Of a DNA stretch of 64,000 bases, positions 19,001 to 31,042 are shown piece by piece. The position numbers were made by a program, and so were the translations under genes. The stretch's first letter is position 1; every line of letters begins with the position of its first letter. Location: the IMG/VR virus record IMGVR_UViG_3300008120_000124; one strand, 5' to 3'. The stretch comes from an uncultured virus (IMG/VR IMGVR_UViG_3300008120_000124). Lineage: Duplodnaviria; Heunggongvirae; Uroviricota; Caudoviricetes. The notes under the pieces are model-generated. The model made no database searches and had not been told where the DNA came from. It saw only the letters and a program-made list of their open reading frames with translations.

Positions 19001-20476
19001 ATGCTTACAACATTACAATACGATAACGCAATCTATTCACATTTTGCTAATGTAGCTACAAATAAAGGGATTGTAGAGCAACCTGAAAAATTAAATTATG
19101 ATATTCAAACATTAAAAAGAATTGTAAACACTAATAACGTAACTTTTTTATCTACAAGCGCTTACTCTAGAAGTAAATTGTATTTATTAAAAAATAACGC
19201 AAATTATACAGTTACTTATTCACGAACATCTGCTTCAGGTGATACAAGAATAAATAGCGACGGTAATGTAGAATATTTTCCGTATAATTTATGTTCAGGA
19301 ACTCTTGTAGCTATTGCTGCAACAACAATAACTACTAATTATAGCACAAGTCCTATAAATGTAAATGATGCTACAAGAATTGTTACAACTGGATACGGTA
19401 TTACGCAAATTTCTTTTACCCCAGTATTAACAAAAACGTATACGGTATCTATGTGGGTAAAATCTAACACTGCTAGTACGTATCAAATTCAAACACTTGC
19501 AGGTACCATTATAAATACTGCGGATAGTAATTGGAAAAGAATATCTTTTATAAGTACTGGAAATAGCGACATTAGATTTGTTATTCCTACAGCTTCAGAT
19601 GTAAGCGTGTGGGGAGTTCAAATTAACGAGGGTACTATTATGATGCCCTATATAAATGCAGATAATAGTCAACATATACCAAGAATAAATTATACTAATA
19701 ATAAATCTGCAATTAGAATACTTCCACAAAGAACTAATTTAATTTTAAACTCTGATACTCCCAGTACACAAACAATAACAGTTACTGCCAGCACTTATAC
19801 ATTATCTTTTTATGGTACTGGAACTATTACTTTAAGTAATGCTTTTTCAGCAACTGTAGTTGGAGATGGTGTTAACACAAGAAAAGTATTTACTTTTACT
19901 TCTACAGGAACAAGTTTAGTTTTAACTATAACAGGCACGGTAACAAAAGCCCAATTAGAATTAAGTAACTATCCGACAAATTACATAGGTTCAACAACTA
20001 CAGCTAATACTAGAACTGGCGATTACTTTATTAAAGTAAATATGATTACTGATGGTATAGTAGGATCTTCTACTGGATCTATGTTTATGCATATTATTAA
20101 CAACACTTCTTTAATAAGGCAAGGATCTCTTTTTCCAATATTAGGACTTAGTACTGGAGCAAATGCTACTGGAAATGGGATATTTGTAAGTGGGGGTGTT
20201 AGTAACACTACAAGTTCAAGATTAATTATTTCAGTAGAAAACGCTACTCATACAACAACTGCAGATGAAGTAAAACTTTTAGTTACTTGGGCAAACTCAT
20301 CAATATCTGTTTTTGAAAATGGTGTAAAAGTTATTAATAATAGTTCTGTAACAACTACAAACTTTCAATACTTTGGTACAACATCTCCACCACAACACCC
20401 ATTAGATATACATGGATTGTGGTTTTTACCAAGTACACTAACAGATTCTGAATGTATATCATTAACTCAATTATAG
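19001..20476 (+). CDS. tail-associated protein with carbohydrate-binding/lectin-like modules
   Basis: 491 aa, T/S/N-rich; YTVSMWVK, QRTNLILNS, AQLE..PTNYI patterns. Confidence 0.6.
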   Translation: MLTTLQYDNAIYSHFANVATNKGIVEQPEKLNYDIQTLKRIVNTNNVTFLSTSAYSRSKLYLLKNNANYTVTYSRTSASGDTRINSDGNVEYFPYNLCSGTLVAIAATTITTNYSTSPINVNDATRIVTTGYGITQISFTPVLTKTYTVSMWVKSNTASTYQIQTLAGTIINTADSNWKRISFISTGNSDIRFVIPTASDVSVWGVQINEGTIMMPYINADNSQHIPRINYTNNKSAIRILPQRTNLILNSDTPSTQTITVTASTYTLSFYGTGTITLSNAFSATVVGDGVNTRKVFTFTSTGTSLVLTITGTVTKAQLELSNYPTNYIGSTTTANTRTGDYFIKVNMITDGIVGSSTGSMFMHIINNTSLIRQGSLFPILGLSTGANATGNGIFVSGGVSNTTSSRLIISVENATHTTTADEVKLLVTWANSSISVFENGVKVINNSSVTTTNFQYFGTTSPPQHPLDIHGLWFLPSTLTDSECISLTQL

Positions 20477-20477
20477 T

Positions 20478-20633
20478 ATGGCATTAACAATAGATAAAAT
20501 TAAAGAAATAAATATTCCAATAAACGTATCGAGAAAGCCTGACAACTTTCCAACTGCGTCTAGAGGAATAGCGCCTTATAACGATTCCGTTAATCTATAT
20601 GAGGCCCTTCAATTATTAGTGGAACAGTGTTAA
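20478..20633 (+). CDS. small hypothetical protein (51 aa)
   Basis: ATG 1 nt after the upstream stop; its TAA overlaps the next ATG (TAATG). Confidence 0.6.
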   Translation: MALTIDKIKEINIPINVSRKPDNFPTASRGIAPYNDSVNLYEALQLLVEQC

Positions 20634-23600
20634 TGCCGTTAGACATAAGTAATAAAGGTGTTACTCTAAGTAAACTTGCTCAAAGCGGAGCTACAGTAAA
20701 TCAAATAATAAAGTGAGATGGAACAAACTGGGTACCAGGAAATGAAACTGGCGGAGCTACTAGCTTCGTGCCTTTGACTAGAACACTTACAATAAATGGT
20801 ACTACATATGATTTATCCCAAGATAGGTCATGGAATATAACATCAATGATATACCCCCCTGCAGGTATTCCAGTATCAACTGGAAGTGCTTGGGGAACTT
20901 CTATTACAAATAACTCTGCTAACTGGAATACAGCTTTCTCTTGGGGTAATCATGCTTTAGCAGGATATCTTACAGGAACAGCAATAGGTACTACTGTTCA
21001 ACCATATAATGCTAATACTGTTATAGATGCTGCATATGTTCATACTGACAATAATTATACTACTGCTGAAAAAAGTAAATTAGCTGGAATAGCTGCTGGA
21101 GCAGAAGTCAATGTTAATGCTGACTGGAATGCAACTAGCGGAGATGCTCAGATTCTTAACAAGCCAACTATCCCAACTCAAGTATTAGTAGATTCTATTC
21201 CTACAGATGGTAGTAACAATGCTGTTTCATCTAACGGAGTTTTTGATGCACTTGCTTCAAAAGCTGATTTAGTTGGAGGCAAAGTTCCTACTGCTCAATT
21301 ACCTTCTTACGTAGACGATGTAATTGAAGGTTATTATAGTGGAACTGCTTTTTACTCTGATGCAGGATTTACTACAATAATAAATGGAGAAACAGGAAAG
21401 ATATATGTAGATTTACTTCAAAATAGATCTTACAGGTGGACAGGTTCTCTTTATATACAAATCTCTAATGCTATTTCCAGCATTAATGATTTAACTGATG
21501 TTACAATTGCATCTGTAAATAATGGTCAAATTCTTCAGTATAATTCAACTACCTCTCAGTGGCAAAATACTACGATCACTATAGGTACTGGAGATATGCA
21601 AAAAACTACGTATGATATTGATGACGATGGTGTTGTAGATTATTCTGAAACAGTTGCTGTAACTGTTAGGAATCCTTCAGTTTCAGATATACTTAGAAGA
21701 GGTACTATAGTTTACTTAAATGGTTCTACTGGTAATAGACCTAATGCTTATAAAGCACAAGCAGATACAGAAGCAACTTCATCTGGAACTTTTGGTGTAG
21801 TTGTTGATGATATAGGATTAAACTCTGACGGTCTTGTAGCTGCTTTAGGTACGTTACATGATTTAGATACAAGAACTGCAGCAGGCGGTGCTCCATATCC
21901 GTTTACTTCTGATACATTATTAGATGGTGATGCTATTTGGTTATCTCCAACTACTGCTGGTTATGTTACTAGAGTAAAACCAACGGCACCTAACCACGCT
22001 GTATTTATAGGTATTGTAGCTAGAACTAGTCCTACAAATGGACGTATAATTTATAGAATACAAAATGGTTATGAGTTAGAAGAGCTGCACAATGTAGCAA
22101 TATCTAACATACAACCCAATCAAGTTATTAAGTATGATGGTAGTAAATGGATTAATGCAACTACTCCTGCTGCTGGTAATAATACAGAAGTACAATACAA
22201 TAACAGTGGATCTTTAGGAGCTTCTTCTAACTTTACTTGGGATAATGTAAATCAATCATTAAATTTAATTACGCCTATTGGAAATTTAAGTCCTAGTTTG
22301 TTACTTAAAGCGACTGATGTAAATGCTACAGGACAATATAATATTACACAATCTACTTTAAAGCAGTCTACTGGTGGCAGCGGTGTTGATTATAACCTTC
22401 TTAGTGAACTAACATTTGATAGTTATGCTAACAATAATTATATAAACACACCTTTAAAAATATCAAATTTAATAGATGTTTCATCAAGCTCAACTGTTTT
22501 AACTAGCTCACTAGTTACTGTAAATGGCAGTTTAAAAATAACTAATATACCCACAACTGTAACCACAGCAAATGGTATTTTAGGAATAACAGATGAAGGA
22601 ACTTTATTTAAAACTTCTTTAGGATCTTCTTTAACGTTATCTAGTACTGGAACATTTGATGTAAGTACATTACCGTTTAACAAGATAACTGCTGGCCAAG
22701 CACAATTAACTGGTTCACAAAATATTGCTATAAATTATTCTAATACTAATTCTGGTTTACTTGTAAGCAATAGTGGTTATAGTGTGTTAGGAAGTCCAGA
22801 TGGTCTTAGAACATTGACAGTAGATAATACTGGTGTGTATACAACAAGTTCTACTGCCATAGGTACTAACTCTATTAATCCTAATGCTATTTTATCCCTT
22901 AATAGTACAACTAAAGGTTTGTTATTACCTGCTGTTAATGATACTGATAGAGGTCTTATGAACTTACCTTCCGATGGTATTATGATATACAATCCTAGTG
23001 TAGGTAAGTTTCAAGGTAGAGCTGGAAATGCATGGGTAGACTTTGGTGGTGGAGGATCTGCTGCTGGTAATACTGGCCAGGTGCAGTTTAATAATGCTGG
23101 TGCGTTTGGAGCAAGTAGTAATTTGTTTTGGAATAATACAACTAATAGTTTAGCTATTGGTAGTAGCAATGCGAATGCTAAGTTAGATATAATGACATCA
23201 GTAACAGAAGAAGAAGAATTTATACTTTTTCCAAATTCTATTGTTACAAGTGCTACAGCTACTAACTGGAGCGGCACTAGTTTTGCAACTGGTTATACAC
23301 ATACTCCTGGATCAATAACAGCAATATTGTCTACAGAATCACCTCAAGGAGGAATTTATTATAAATTAACGTATACAATAACTAATCGAACTATTGGAAC
23401 AGTTAGTATAGGTTTTGGTAATGTAGCTGCTACTGGTTCAGTATCAACTTCCGGAAGTGTTATAGCTAGATCGATAAATGCGGATAAATTAACAATTACA
23501 CCAAGCACAGATTTTGACGGTACTGTAGCAGTTACATTACAACAAATTATTGGATTTGGAACATTAGGACCAGAACTTCTTACAACAGCGACTTTAGGTA

Positions 23601-26194
23601 CTGGGTGGACAGGTACATCGTTTGCAACAGGTTATACACACAACGCTAATAATACTACAAACATAACAGCACAAAATTTAACATTAGATTATAGTAATTA
23701 CTATGTAAGTTGGACAGTTACAAATTATACATCTGGATCTTTTTATATAAGTTGTGGAAACCACCCTCAATATGGTATAACTTCGTCTGGTTATAATATT
23801 TTTGGACCTTCTTTTGGAACTTTTAGTATAAATTCTACTAACGGAGCTTTTTTTTATGGTACTGTGCAAGTTTCCCTTAGAAAAATAATACCTAGAAATC
23901 CAATTATAAAATTAGAAAATTCAAAAGGATTATTAGTAGATGTTAGAAATAACAATAATAATATAACAAACCTAAATATAGGTTATGAAGCTGGATTACA
24001 ACAAGTTCATGGAATAGATAATATAAATATAGGAGTTAGAGCTGGTAAATTTAATTATAGTAGTAATAGAAGCATTATAATAGGTAATTTTGCTGATTCT
24101 ACTGTTAAAACCGATGTAGGTTTATTTGCAGGTGTTGGTAATAGTGTACTTATAGGACATGGTATATCAAGTGCTTCTTTCGGAGATAGCAACGTAGTTA
24201 TTGGTTGTAATGGTACCGGCGCAGCGTTAACTCAAGCACAAAACGTAGTTATTATAGGTACGAACACCGCTTCCACATTAACAACTGGTAGTGGTGGTAT
24301 ATATATTAAAGGATCAGCTAGTGCCGGAGGAGCTACTAATGAAATTGCTATTGGCGGAAATACAGGATTAGGTAGTAATACAACTTCTATAGGTCAGAGT
24401 AGTACATTAAGAACTCACTTGTATGGTAACATAACTACAGATAATAGTGTAGTTGCTAAATCAAGTAGTGCAAGTATAACTACTTCCAACGTTTTAACAA
24501 CTTCAACAACTACTACTGGTTGGACTGGAACTTCATTTTCAGGTGGATATACACATACTGCAGGTAATACTAATACATTAATTGCTGCAACTGCAGCACC
24601 TACAGCATTACCAATTCTTTCAGGTCAGAAATACACTTTAACTTATACGTTAAGTGGTGTAACTGCTGGAACTGTTACGATAACTATTGGAGGATTAACT
24701 ACCGGTGCTGTTGGTGTATCTGGAACTCTTACAGGAATTACTACAAATACAAACTCACTTACAATAACACCAACAAGTGATTTTAATGGTACTATAGTTG
24801 CAACATTAGTTCAAGTTTTTGATACCAGTTATTATTCAACAGAAGCCGCTACAACTGGTTCAGGCATTAACTGGACAGGTACTTCTTATGCAACAGGTTA
24901 TACGCATACTGTAGGCGCTACAACAGCTTTAAATCCGTCAAACCTATCTTTGGTGTTAGGTGCAGCGTATGAATTAACTTACACAAGTTCTGGTATAACT
25001 GCAGGTAGTGCAACATTAGTTTTTGGAGATCTTAGTACAACAATATCAACTAATACTACATTACCTCCTAATAGATTTATATGCACTAATACAGCGAATC
25101 CTTTAAGATTAACACCTACAAGTAACTTTGATGGCACTGTTATAATATCTATTAAAAGATTAGCCTATTCTGCAGCTAGTATTCAAGGAACTTCTTTACA
25201 AGTTTTTGGAAGTGGTACTGATAATATAGCTTCGTTTGTAAAGAATGATGGTAGTTTAGGGGTAGGAGTTTCAAGTGATGGTATATTAGTTCCAATTTCT
25301 AATGATACTAATACAAGCTTTTCCATTAGACCTAAAGGGACAGGCGCGTTTATTTTAGGAGCCTCCCCGGATGGAACCGCAACAGGTGGTAATTCACGAG
25401 GTGCTAACAGTATCGACTTACAAATCCTTAGGTCGAACGCCGGACAAATAGCCAGTGGAAGTCAAGCGTTTATAGCCGGTGGATCTGCTAACACTGCATC
25501 TGGAAACTCATCAGCAGTTCTTGGCGGATATGGTAATGTATCGTCTGGTCAATACGGTGTAACTGCTGGTTGGACTTGTACTGCATCTGGAGACAGATCT
25601 GTTTCTCTGGGTGCTGCCGGTACAGCTTCTGCTCAATTTTCAATTGCACTTAATAATGGGTCAACTGCCTCAGCTATATCGTCATTTGCAGCTGGTGCAG
25701 GATCAGTTGCAAATCTTTATGCTTCACAGGCATTTGCATCTGCAAGATTTGTTAACAATGGGGATGCGCAAACTATGTCATGGAGATACTTAAAGCAAAT
25801 AACCGGAACCGCCGCAAAGGAACTAACTCTTGACGGAGCAGATATTTCTGCCCAAGGAAGGGCTACATTAGTAGCAAACAGGGCTTGGAATGTAAGAATT
25901 AGTTTGACTGCTATTTGCAGCACAGCGGGAGGAACAGTAGCGCTTGGTGATACATTTATTGCAGAATATATTGTTGGTATAAAAAGAATAGGAACTACTA
26001 CTACATTGCTAGGTCCAGCGCAATTAATTACATCACAATATGACGTGTCAATGCAAACATCTGCCATAACCATAACAGCAGACGATACAAACGATTATTT
26101 GAAAGTTGAGTTTACTCCACCATCAGCAACAGCGAGCGCAGTAACAATTATTAATGTGATAGCTACTGCTACAGCGACTGTTGCAGGTTATTAA
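20633..26194 (+). CDS. long tail fibre / receptor-binding protein; 1 in-frame TGA (20714)
   Basis: ATG 20633 is in frame with track ORF 20768. NQIIK*DGTNWVP parallels NQVIKYDGSKWIN later in the protein. 1853 aa, G/S/T/N-rich, with internal repeats. Confidence 0.85.
23267..25140 (+). repeat. tandem domain repeats in the tail fibre
   Basis: W(S/T)GTS(F/Y)xxGYTH occurs four times (about 23267, 23606, 24521, 24872); LT(I/L)TPxxxFxGT occurs three times. Confidence 0.8.
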
Positions 26195-26215
26195 AATAAT
26201 TAAACAAATTTAAAA

Positions 26216-26899
26216 ATGACACAATACACATTTAACTTTAAGGAGGATTTTGAAATACCTTCGCAATTTTATTTTCCAGCAGGAGTTTTTATTAGATTTT
26301 CAAAAGATTTATTTGGGCTTACTTACACAATGACTCCTAATGCAAGAGAAAAGACAATGACTGTAAATGTTAGTACAGTTGATCTTGCTACACAACGTAT
26401 TGTATGGGATGTTTACACTTGGCTTATTACAGAGCAAGGATTTCCAACAGATGTAGTTATTAATCAAGATGAGATTAATCAATATGAAGTAACTTTGCAG
26501 ACACTTACTAATGAGTTAGCTATTCTTAATGATGAACTTACTGGACTTCAGAATCAAAAGGTATTACTGCAAGATGAAGTAAATGCTTTACAAGCTCAAT
26601 ATGATGCGTTAGAAGATAAAACTACTCCTGAAGCTACTGCACTGCTTCAACAAATAACTGAAAAGAATACTGAAATAGCAATTGTTGAAGATAGTATTGT
26701 TTATAAAAACAACGAGATTACTAATAAACAAAATGAAATAAATTCTTTGGTAAGACCTCAACCAGTTTATGAGTATGTGAATAAATATTCAGATGTTCTC
26801 CAGTACTTTAACAATGACGGATCTCTTACTGAAGATGGAATAGTTTGGGCAAAAACAATTAAGTTGTTTGGTAAGCCTATAAGCGATTACATAATTTAA
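26216..26899 (+). CDS. coiled-coil protein (tail accessory)
   Basis: 227 aa with a long heptad region. Confidence 0.65.
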   Translation: MTQYTFNFKEDFEIPSQFYFPAGVFIRFSKDLFGLTYTMTPNAREKTMTVNVSTVDLATQRIVWDVYTWLITEQGFPTDVVINQDEINQYEVTLQTLTNELAILNDELTGLQNQKVLLQDEVNALQAQYDALEDKTTPEATALLQQITEKNTEIAIVEDSIVYKNNEITNKQNEINSLVRPQPVYEYVNKYSDVLQYFNNDGSLTEDGIVWAKTIKLFGKPISDYII

Positions 26900-26900
26900 T

Positions 26901-27359
26901 ATGAATATAACTTTAAACAGTACTTGTTCACAAATAACAGTAACCTCAGCTATACTTTTAAATACAAATGTAGCCAATACATTAAAAGTTATTTATAAAG
27001 GAACTGAGCACACTGTTACCGTACCAACTAACATATCTACCTTTAACATACTTCCTACGCACGTGGGCATGACAGGTACTTTTACAGATGGTGTTTATAC
27101 TATATTTTTTAGGAACACACTATTAGGCGGTGCTGTTAAAGAAGATAGAGGTTGTGCGGTAAGTCTTTGTAGCACTAAGTGCTCAGACGATATGATTTCA
27201 TGGTACACATCTAAGAACTTAGATAAAGTACTTACTTACGAAGCTCTGAAGGTAGGACAAGATTGCGTTAGTTGCAACTGCTCTACCTTGGAAACACTCT
27301 TTAACGACCTACAAGAAAATGACACCAACACCTGCTCAAATTGCTGCTGCACAGTGTAA
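26901..27359 (+). CDS. Cys-rich structural protein
   Basis: 152 aa, many Cys in the C-terminal half. Confidence 0.65.
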   Translation: MNITLNSTCSQITVTSAILLNTNVANTLKVIYKGTEHTVTVPTNISTFNILPTHVGMTGTFTDGVYTIFFRNTLLGGAVKEDRGCAVSLCSTKCSDDMISWYTSKNLDKVLTYEALKVGQDCVSCNCSTLETLFNDLQENDTNTCSNCCCTV

Positions 27360-28707
27360 CTTTGTAAATGAGCTGGTAGCCTATAACAACTGTAAAAAAT
27401 ATAATATAGATTGCTGTTCAACTAAAGTAGAAGAAGCGTTTTATCTTAAGAAACTTGCTGAATCTGGATGCGATCTTGATTATGATCTTATCTGTCAGTT
27501 AGATCATCTTAATGTTACTATAGTAGATTGTACTCAAGATCCTACTTGTGAAGAGATGGCAGATTGGAGTATAAAGCAAATAAATGTTGGAGGAGATTAT
27601 TCAGTAATTTTAGAAAACGAATATGACTACTCTAATAAATTTGTTTTTAGCACTAACAACGATTCTACTTTTTTAAGTTCTACCGCCAATGTTGTTATAT
27701 CAAATGGATATGGCGAAGTTTCGGATAGTTACTCGATAGCTGGTGGTTGCAAATTAGTTAATGGTGTTTCTGTATGCTCGGATATTTACAAAACAGAAGT
27801 TTATTGTATACTGCAAAGTGCACCATTATCCAACTTCTATAGTGCTACAAGTTCTTGGGCAATACAATCTATTAGGCTTTGGAATGTTGGAACTGCTACT
27901 GGAACTGCTTTTGGTGGACCGCTTCAATACCAAGATGTAGATATTTCTCCAAGTAACATATGACCAGCCACTAAACCTGGTAGTACAGCTGCTCTTCCTG
28001 CAGACTTACTTTTAAGTAGTCCAAATTTAGCTAGCGCTTTAAAAAAGCAAATAGAGAACTTTGTTTGGGAAACTGATAAAGTTTCTCCAGGATTTAATAA
28101 CCAATTAAATATAAAACTTGATGTATCTGTTGTAGGAGATGTTTTGTACATTAAAACTGTATTTAAGCATAACCCAACTTCAAGTTGGTGGGGATTAAGA
28201 TCTGTAGCTTGGGCACAAAATAGTCCTTACGATTTAAGTAGTGTAAGGTTAGTTTTCCCCGGAGATTACTATAAAGATCTTTGGCACACAACTTACATGA
28301 GACATTCTTCTACAAAAGTGTATGATTCTCATGCGTTTACTAATGACTGTGCTCAAACATCTAATGTTGTAGTAGAAGGTTACATAACTCCTTATGTTAA
28401 TTATTGGGAAACTGACTTGAATAAAATTACTCTTCAGCAACCAACCCAACAATACAGCTCTAAAGTTGATGATGTTTTTACCACAAATGAAAATCTACTT
28501 ACAGAGAATATATTATCTTGTTACAAAACCACTTTAATACCCACAGTTGATAGCACTTATGCTAACTCTGTTAGCTGGTATAGTCCTTCTGGAACTATAG
28601 TTGGTTCTGGATCTGTTACGCTAACAAACCCTGTACAAGGAACATATACAGCAAAACTCACATTAGTTAATACTGGATGTGTTTTAGAAAAAACTATTGA
28701 AATATAA
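27319..28707 (+). CDS. Cys-rich structural protein; 1 in-frame TGA (27961)
   Basis: Track ORFs 27319-27963 and 28144-28707 are in the same frame; the intervening codons are open. 462 aa; C-terminal Ig-like GTYTAKLTLVNTGC. Confidence 0.8.
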
Positions 28708-28711
28708 TAAC

Positions 28712-28749
28712 AAGGCTCGGAGAGACCACAGTGTCCTTCGGGCCTTTTT
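28712..28749 (+). terminator. rho-independent terminator
   Basis: AAGGCTCGGAG...CTTCGGGCCTT followed by a T run. Confidence 0.7.
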
Positions 28750-28762
28750 AATTTTGAACGCT

Positions 28763-29197
28763 ATGGAAATAAAAGTAATTCGACCTAAAATTGCGGACAC
28801 ACCGTATACTATTTCTGATCTTTATGTTAACGATGTTTTCTTTTCAAATGTAATGGAAGACAGAGACAGAAACCTACACCAATCTAATGTAGAAGAAGTT
28901 AAAGCAAAGAAAGTAAAACACGAAACAGCAATACCATACGGAAGATATGAAGTGGTTATGTCTTTCTCTGAAAGATTTAAAATGCTCTTACCACTACTTA
29001 CAAATGTACCTGGGTATGAAGGCATTAGAATACATGCTGGAAATACAGAAGCTGATTCTTCAGGCTGTTTACTTCCCGGACAAAAGTCAGGAAATAAGGT
29101 CATAAATTCCAGAAGTACTACTAGTAAATTAATTAAAATTATACAAGACGCATTAAAGAAAGAAAAGGTATTTATATCTATTGTACAGAGTAACTAA
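28763..29197 (+). CDS. DUF5675-type L,D-peptidase-like protein (candidate endolysin)
   Basis: ATG 28763; TAIPYGRY...NVPGYEGIRIHAGNT..DSSGCLLPG (His/Cys motif). Confidence 0.75.
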   Translation: MEIKVIRPKIADTPYTISDLYVNDVFFSNVMEDRDRNLHQSNVEEVKAKKVKHETAIPYGRYEVVMSFSERFKMLLPLLTNVPGYEGIRIHAGNTEADSSGCLLPGQKSGNKVINSRSTTSKLIKIIQDALKKEKVFISIVQSN

Positions 29198-29249
29198 CCT
29201 CTCATTTTAAAGATGCAAGTGCATACAAATATTTTGTAATTTTACTGCC

Positions 29250-29957
29250 ATGACTCTACTAGAACATACATATGCAATTCGCAACCTTTTGTCTAAAGGA
29301 GTGGCATCAGATGACAGTCAATACTCATTGAGATTAATAGCTCATTTCCTTAATGTATCAAGAGCTATCCTGACAGAACAAAAGTCAGATCGGTATAGAT
29401 ATTTATCTGAGCAAAGCTTTCAAACACTTTGTGTACCACTAGAAAAAGGTTCTATCGCAAACTGTTGCGATTACCCAAATGCAGGATGTACCCTGCTAAA
29501 ATCCAAAATTAAAATACCAAAATTCCTTACCACTCGTTCTGGGGACTTTATTAAAGTAACCACTCTAAACGGTGAAGTAATCCCGAAAACATCCATACTA
29601 AAAAACAAACTTTCTAAATACTCTATTACTAATAAAGCAGATAAGCCCGGTTGGTTTATACTTAACGATTACTTGTATATTATTAATAACACTGATTTAG
29701 AAGTAGTTTTACTAAACTCTTTATTTGAAAACCCCTCAGAAATAGATAAGCTTAATTGTAGTAACTCTACTAACGGCACTTCTACTTCGTCTACAACTTG
29801 CTCAGATATATTTGATAACGAATATCCAATTGAGCCAGATTTGGTAGAGGGTGTTTACAGAAAGACTTTAGATTTGATTAGATTTTCGATTTCACTTCCA
29901 CCAAAAGATAGAGAGAATAATGCCCAAGACGATCAAGTATCTGGCCAACTGGCGTAG
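29250..29957 (+). CDS. tail ring protein
   Basis: 235 aa; SDDSQYSLRLIAHFLNVSRAIL...FQTLCVPLE...FENP, crAss ring-protein pattern. Confidence 0.7.
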   Translation: MTLLEHTYAIRNLLSKGVASDDSQYSLRLIAHFLNVSRAILTEQKSDRYRYLSEQSFQTLCVPLEKGSIANCCDYPNAGCTLLKSKIKIPKFLTTRSGDFIKVTTLNGEVIPKTSILKNKLSKYSITNKADKPGWFILNDYLYIINNTDLEVVLLNSLFENPSEIDKLNCSNSTNGTSTSSTTCSDIFDNEYPIEPDLVEGVYRKTLDLIRFSISLPPKDRENNAQDDQVSGQLA

Positions 29958-30360
29958 TTTATACGATGAATACCCAAATAAAGATTTAGTTACCGCTGCT
30001 GAATTTAGACTGATTTTAAAAGTTTTTCATAACCTATTATGTAATGCAATATTTGAGGGAAAAGTATTTAAGTTTCCTTTTGCTGCAGGAGTACTTGGTT
30101 TAATAAAAAGACAACAAAAAAGAAAACAAGTAGACTATACTTCTTTTAATGATACACAATCTGTACATGAATACAGAAACCATCATTCAGAAGGATACAC
30201 TGTTAAAAGTTTATGGATTAGAAATAACCCCCCACTCTTTTTAAAAAGAACTTTTAAGTTTAAACTACAAAGACAAAAAGCTAGACAGCTAGCTCAACTA
30301 ATCAAGCACGAAGGGTATATTTATAAATATAGAGAAGAAAATGAAAACTATTTCAATTAA
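29920..30360 (+). CDS. basic IHF/HU-like protein of the tail module
   Basis: 146 aa; IFEGKVFKFPFAAGVLGLIKR. Confidence 0.5.
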   Translation: MPKTIKYLANWRSLYDEYPNKDLVTAAEFRLILKVFHNLLCNAIFEGKVFKFPFAAGVLGLIKRQQKRKQVDYTSFNDTQSVHEYRNHHSEGYTVKSLWIRNNPPLFLKRTFKFKLQRQKARQLAQLIKHEGYIYKYREENENYFN

Positions 30361-31042
30361 ATCAGTCTTGGCTAGTTTGGCAATGATACTCGATGAAAAG
30401 TATTGAGATGAAGCAACAATGCTTGAGCATATCGCTAAAGGATTTTTACAAATGAATTTAGAGAATAAGTTTGAGCAGAAGACCGCTAAACTTGAAGTTG
30501 AAGAACATAAAACCACACTACCAAACGACTTAAAATATATAACGCAAATAGTAGTAGAAATAGATAATAAATACTACCCAATGCGTGCTACAACAAACCC
30601 CTACCATAATGGTGTTTGTGATCTTAAATTGCTAGTTCCTTGTCCAACTTGTAAATACGAGTATTCTATATCCCCTTCTGGAGTAGTTACTACTAACATG
30701 GGCACAGGAACTATTGTTATTTCATATCTAGCTAATCCAGTAGATGAGAACGGGGATCTATTAATTCCTGATGATGAGACTTTAAAAGAAGCTCTTACAC
30801 ACTATGTTCTTTATAAATACTGGATGACTAAGTACATGATGAAGGAAGAAGGCTCTGAAAGTAGAATGCAATTTCACTTAAAGATGTGGTCTACATTATC
30901 TAAGAAGTCTATGAATCTTAATCTTCCCACAATAGATGGTCTTGAGAATATAAAGAATATCAATAACCATTTAGTTCCAAGAAGTAATAGATACTCACAG
31001 CTTTTCCAAACATTAAACAATCAAGAAAATGTCGGATTCTAA
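30341..31042 (+). CDS. tail ring/tubular protein; 1 in-frame TGA (30404)
   Basis: ATG 30341, MKTISIKSVL...DEKY*DEATMLE, in frame with track ORF 30419; YLANPVDENGDLLIPD. Confidence 0.75.
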
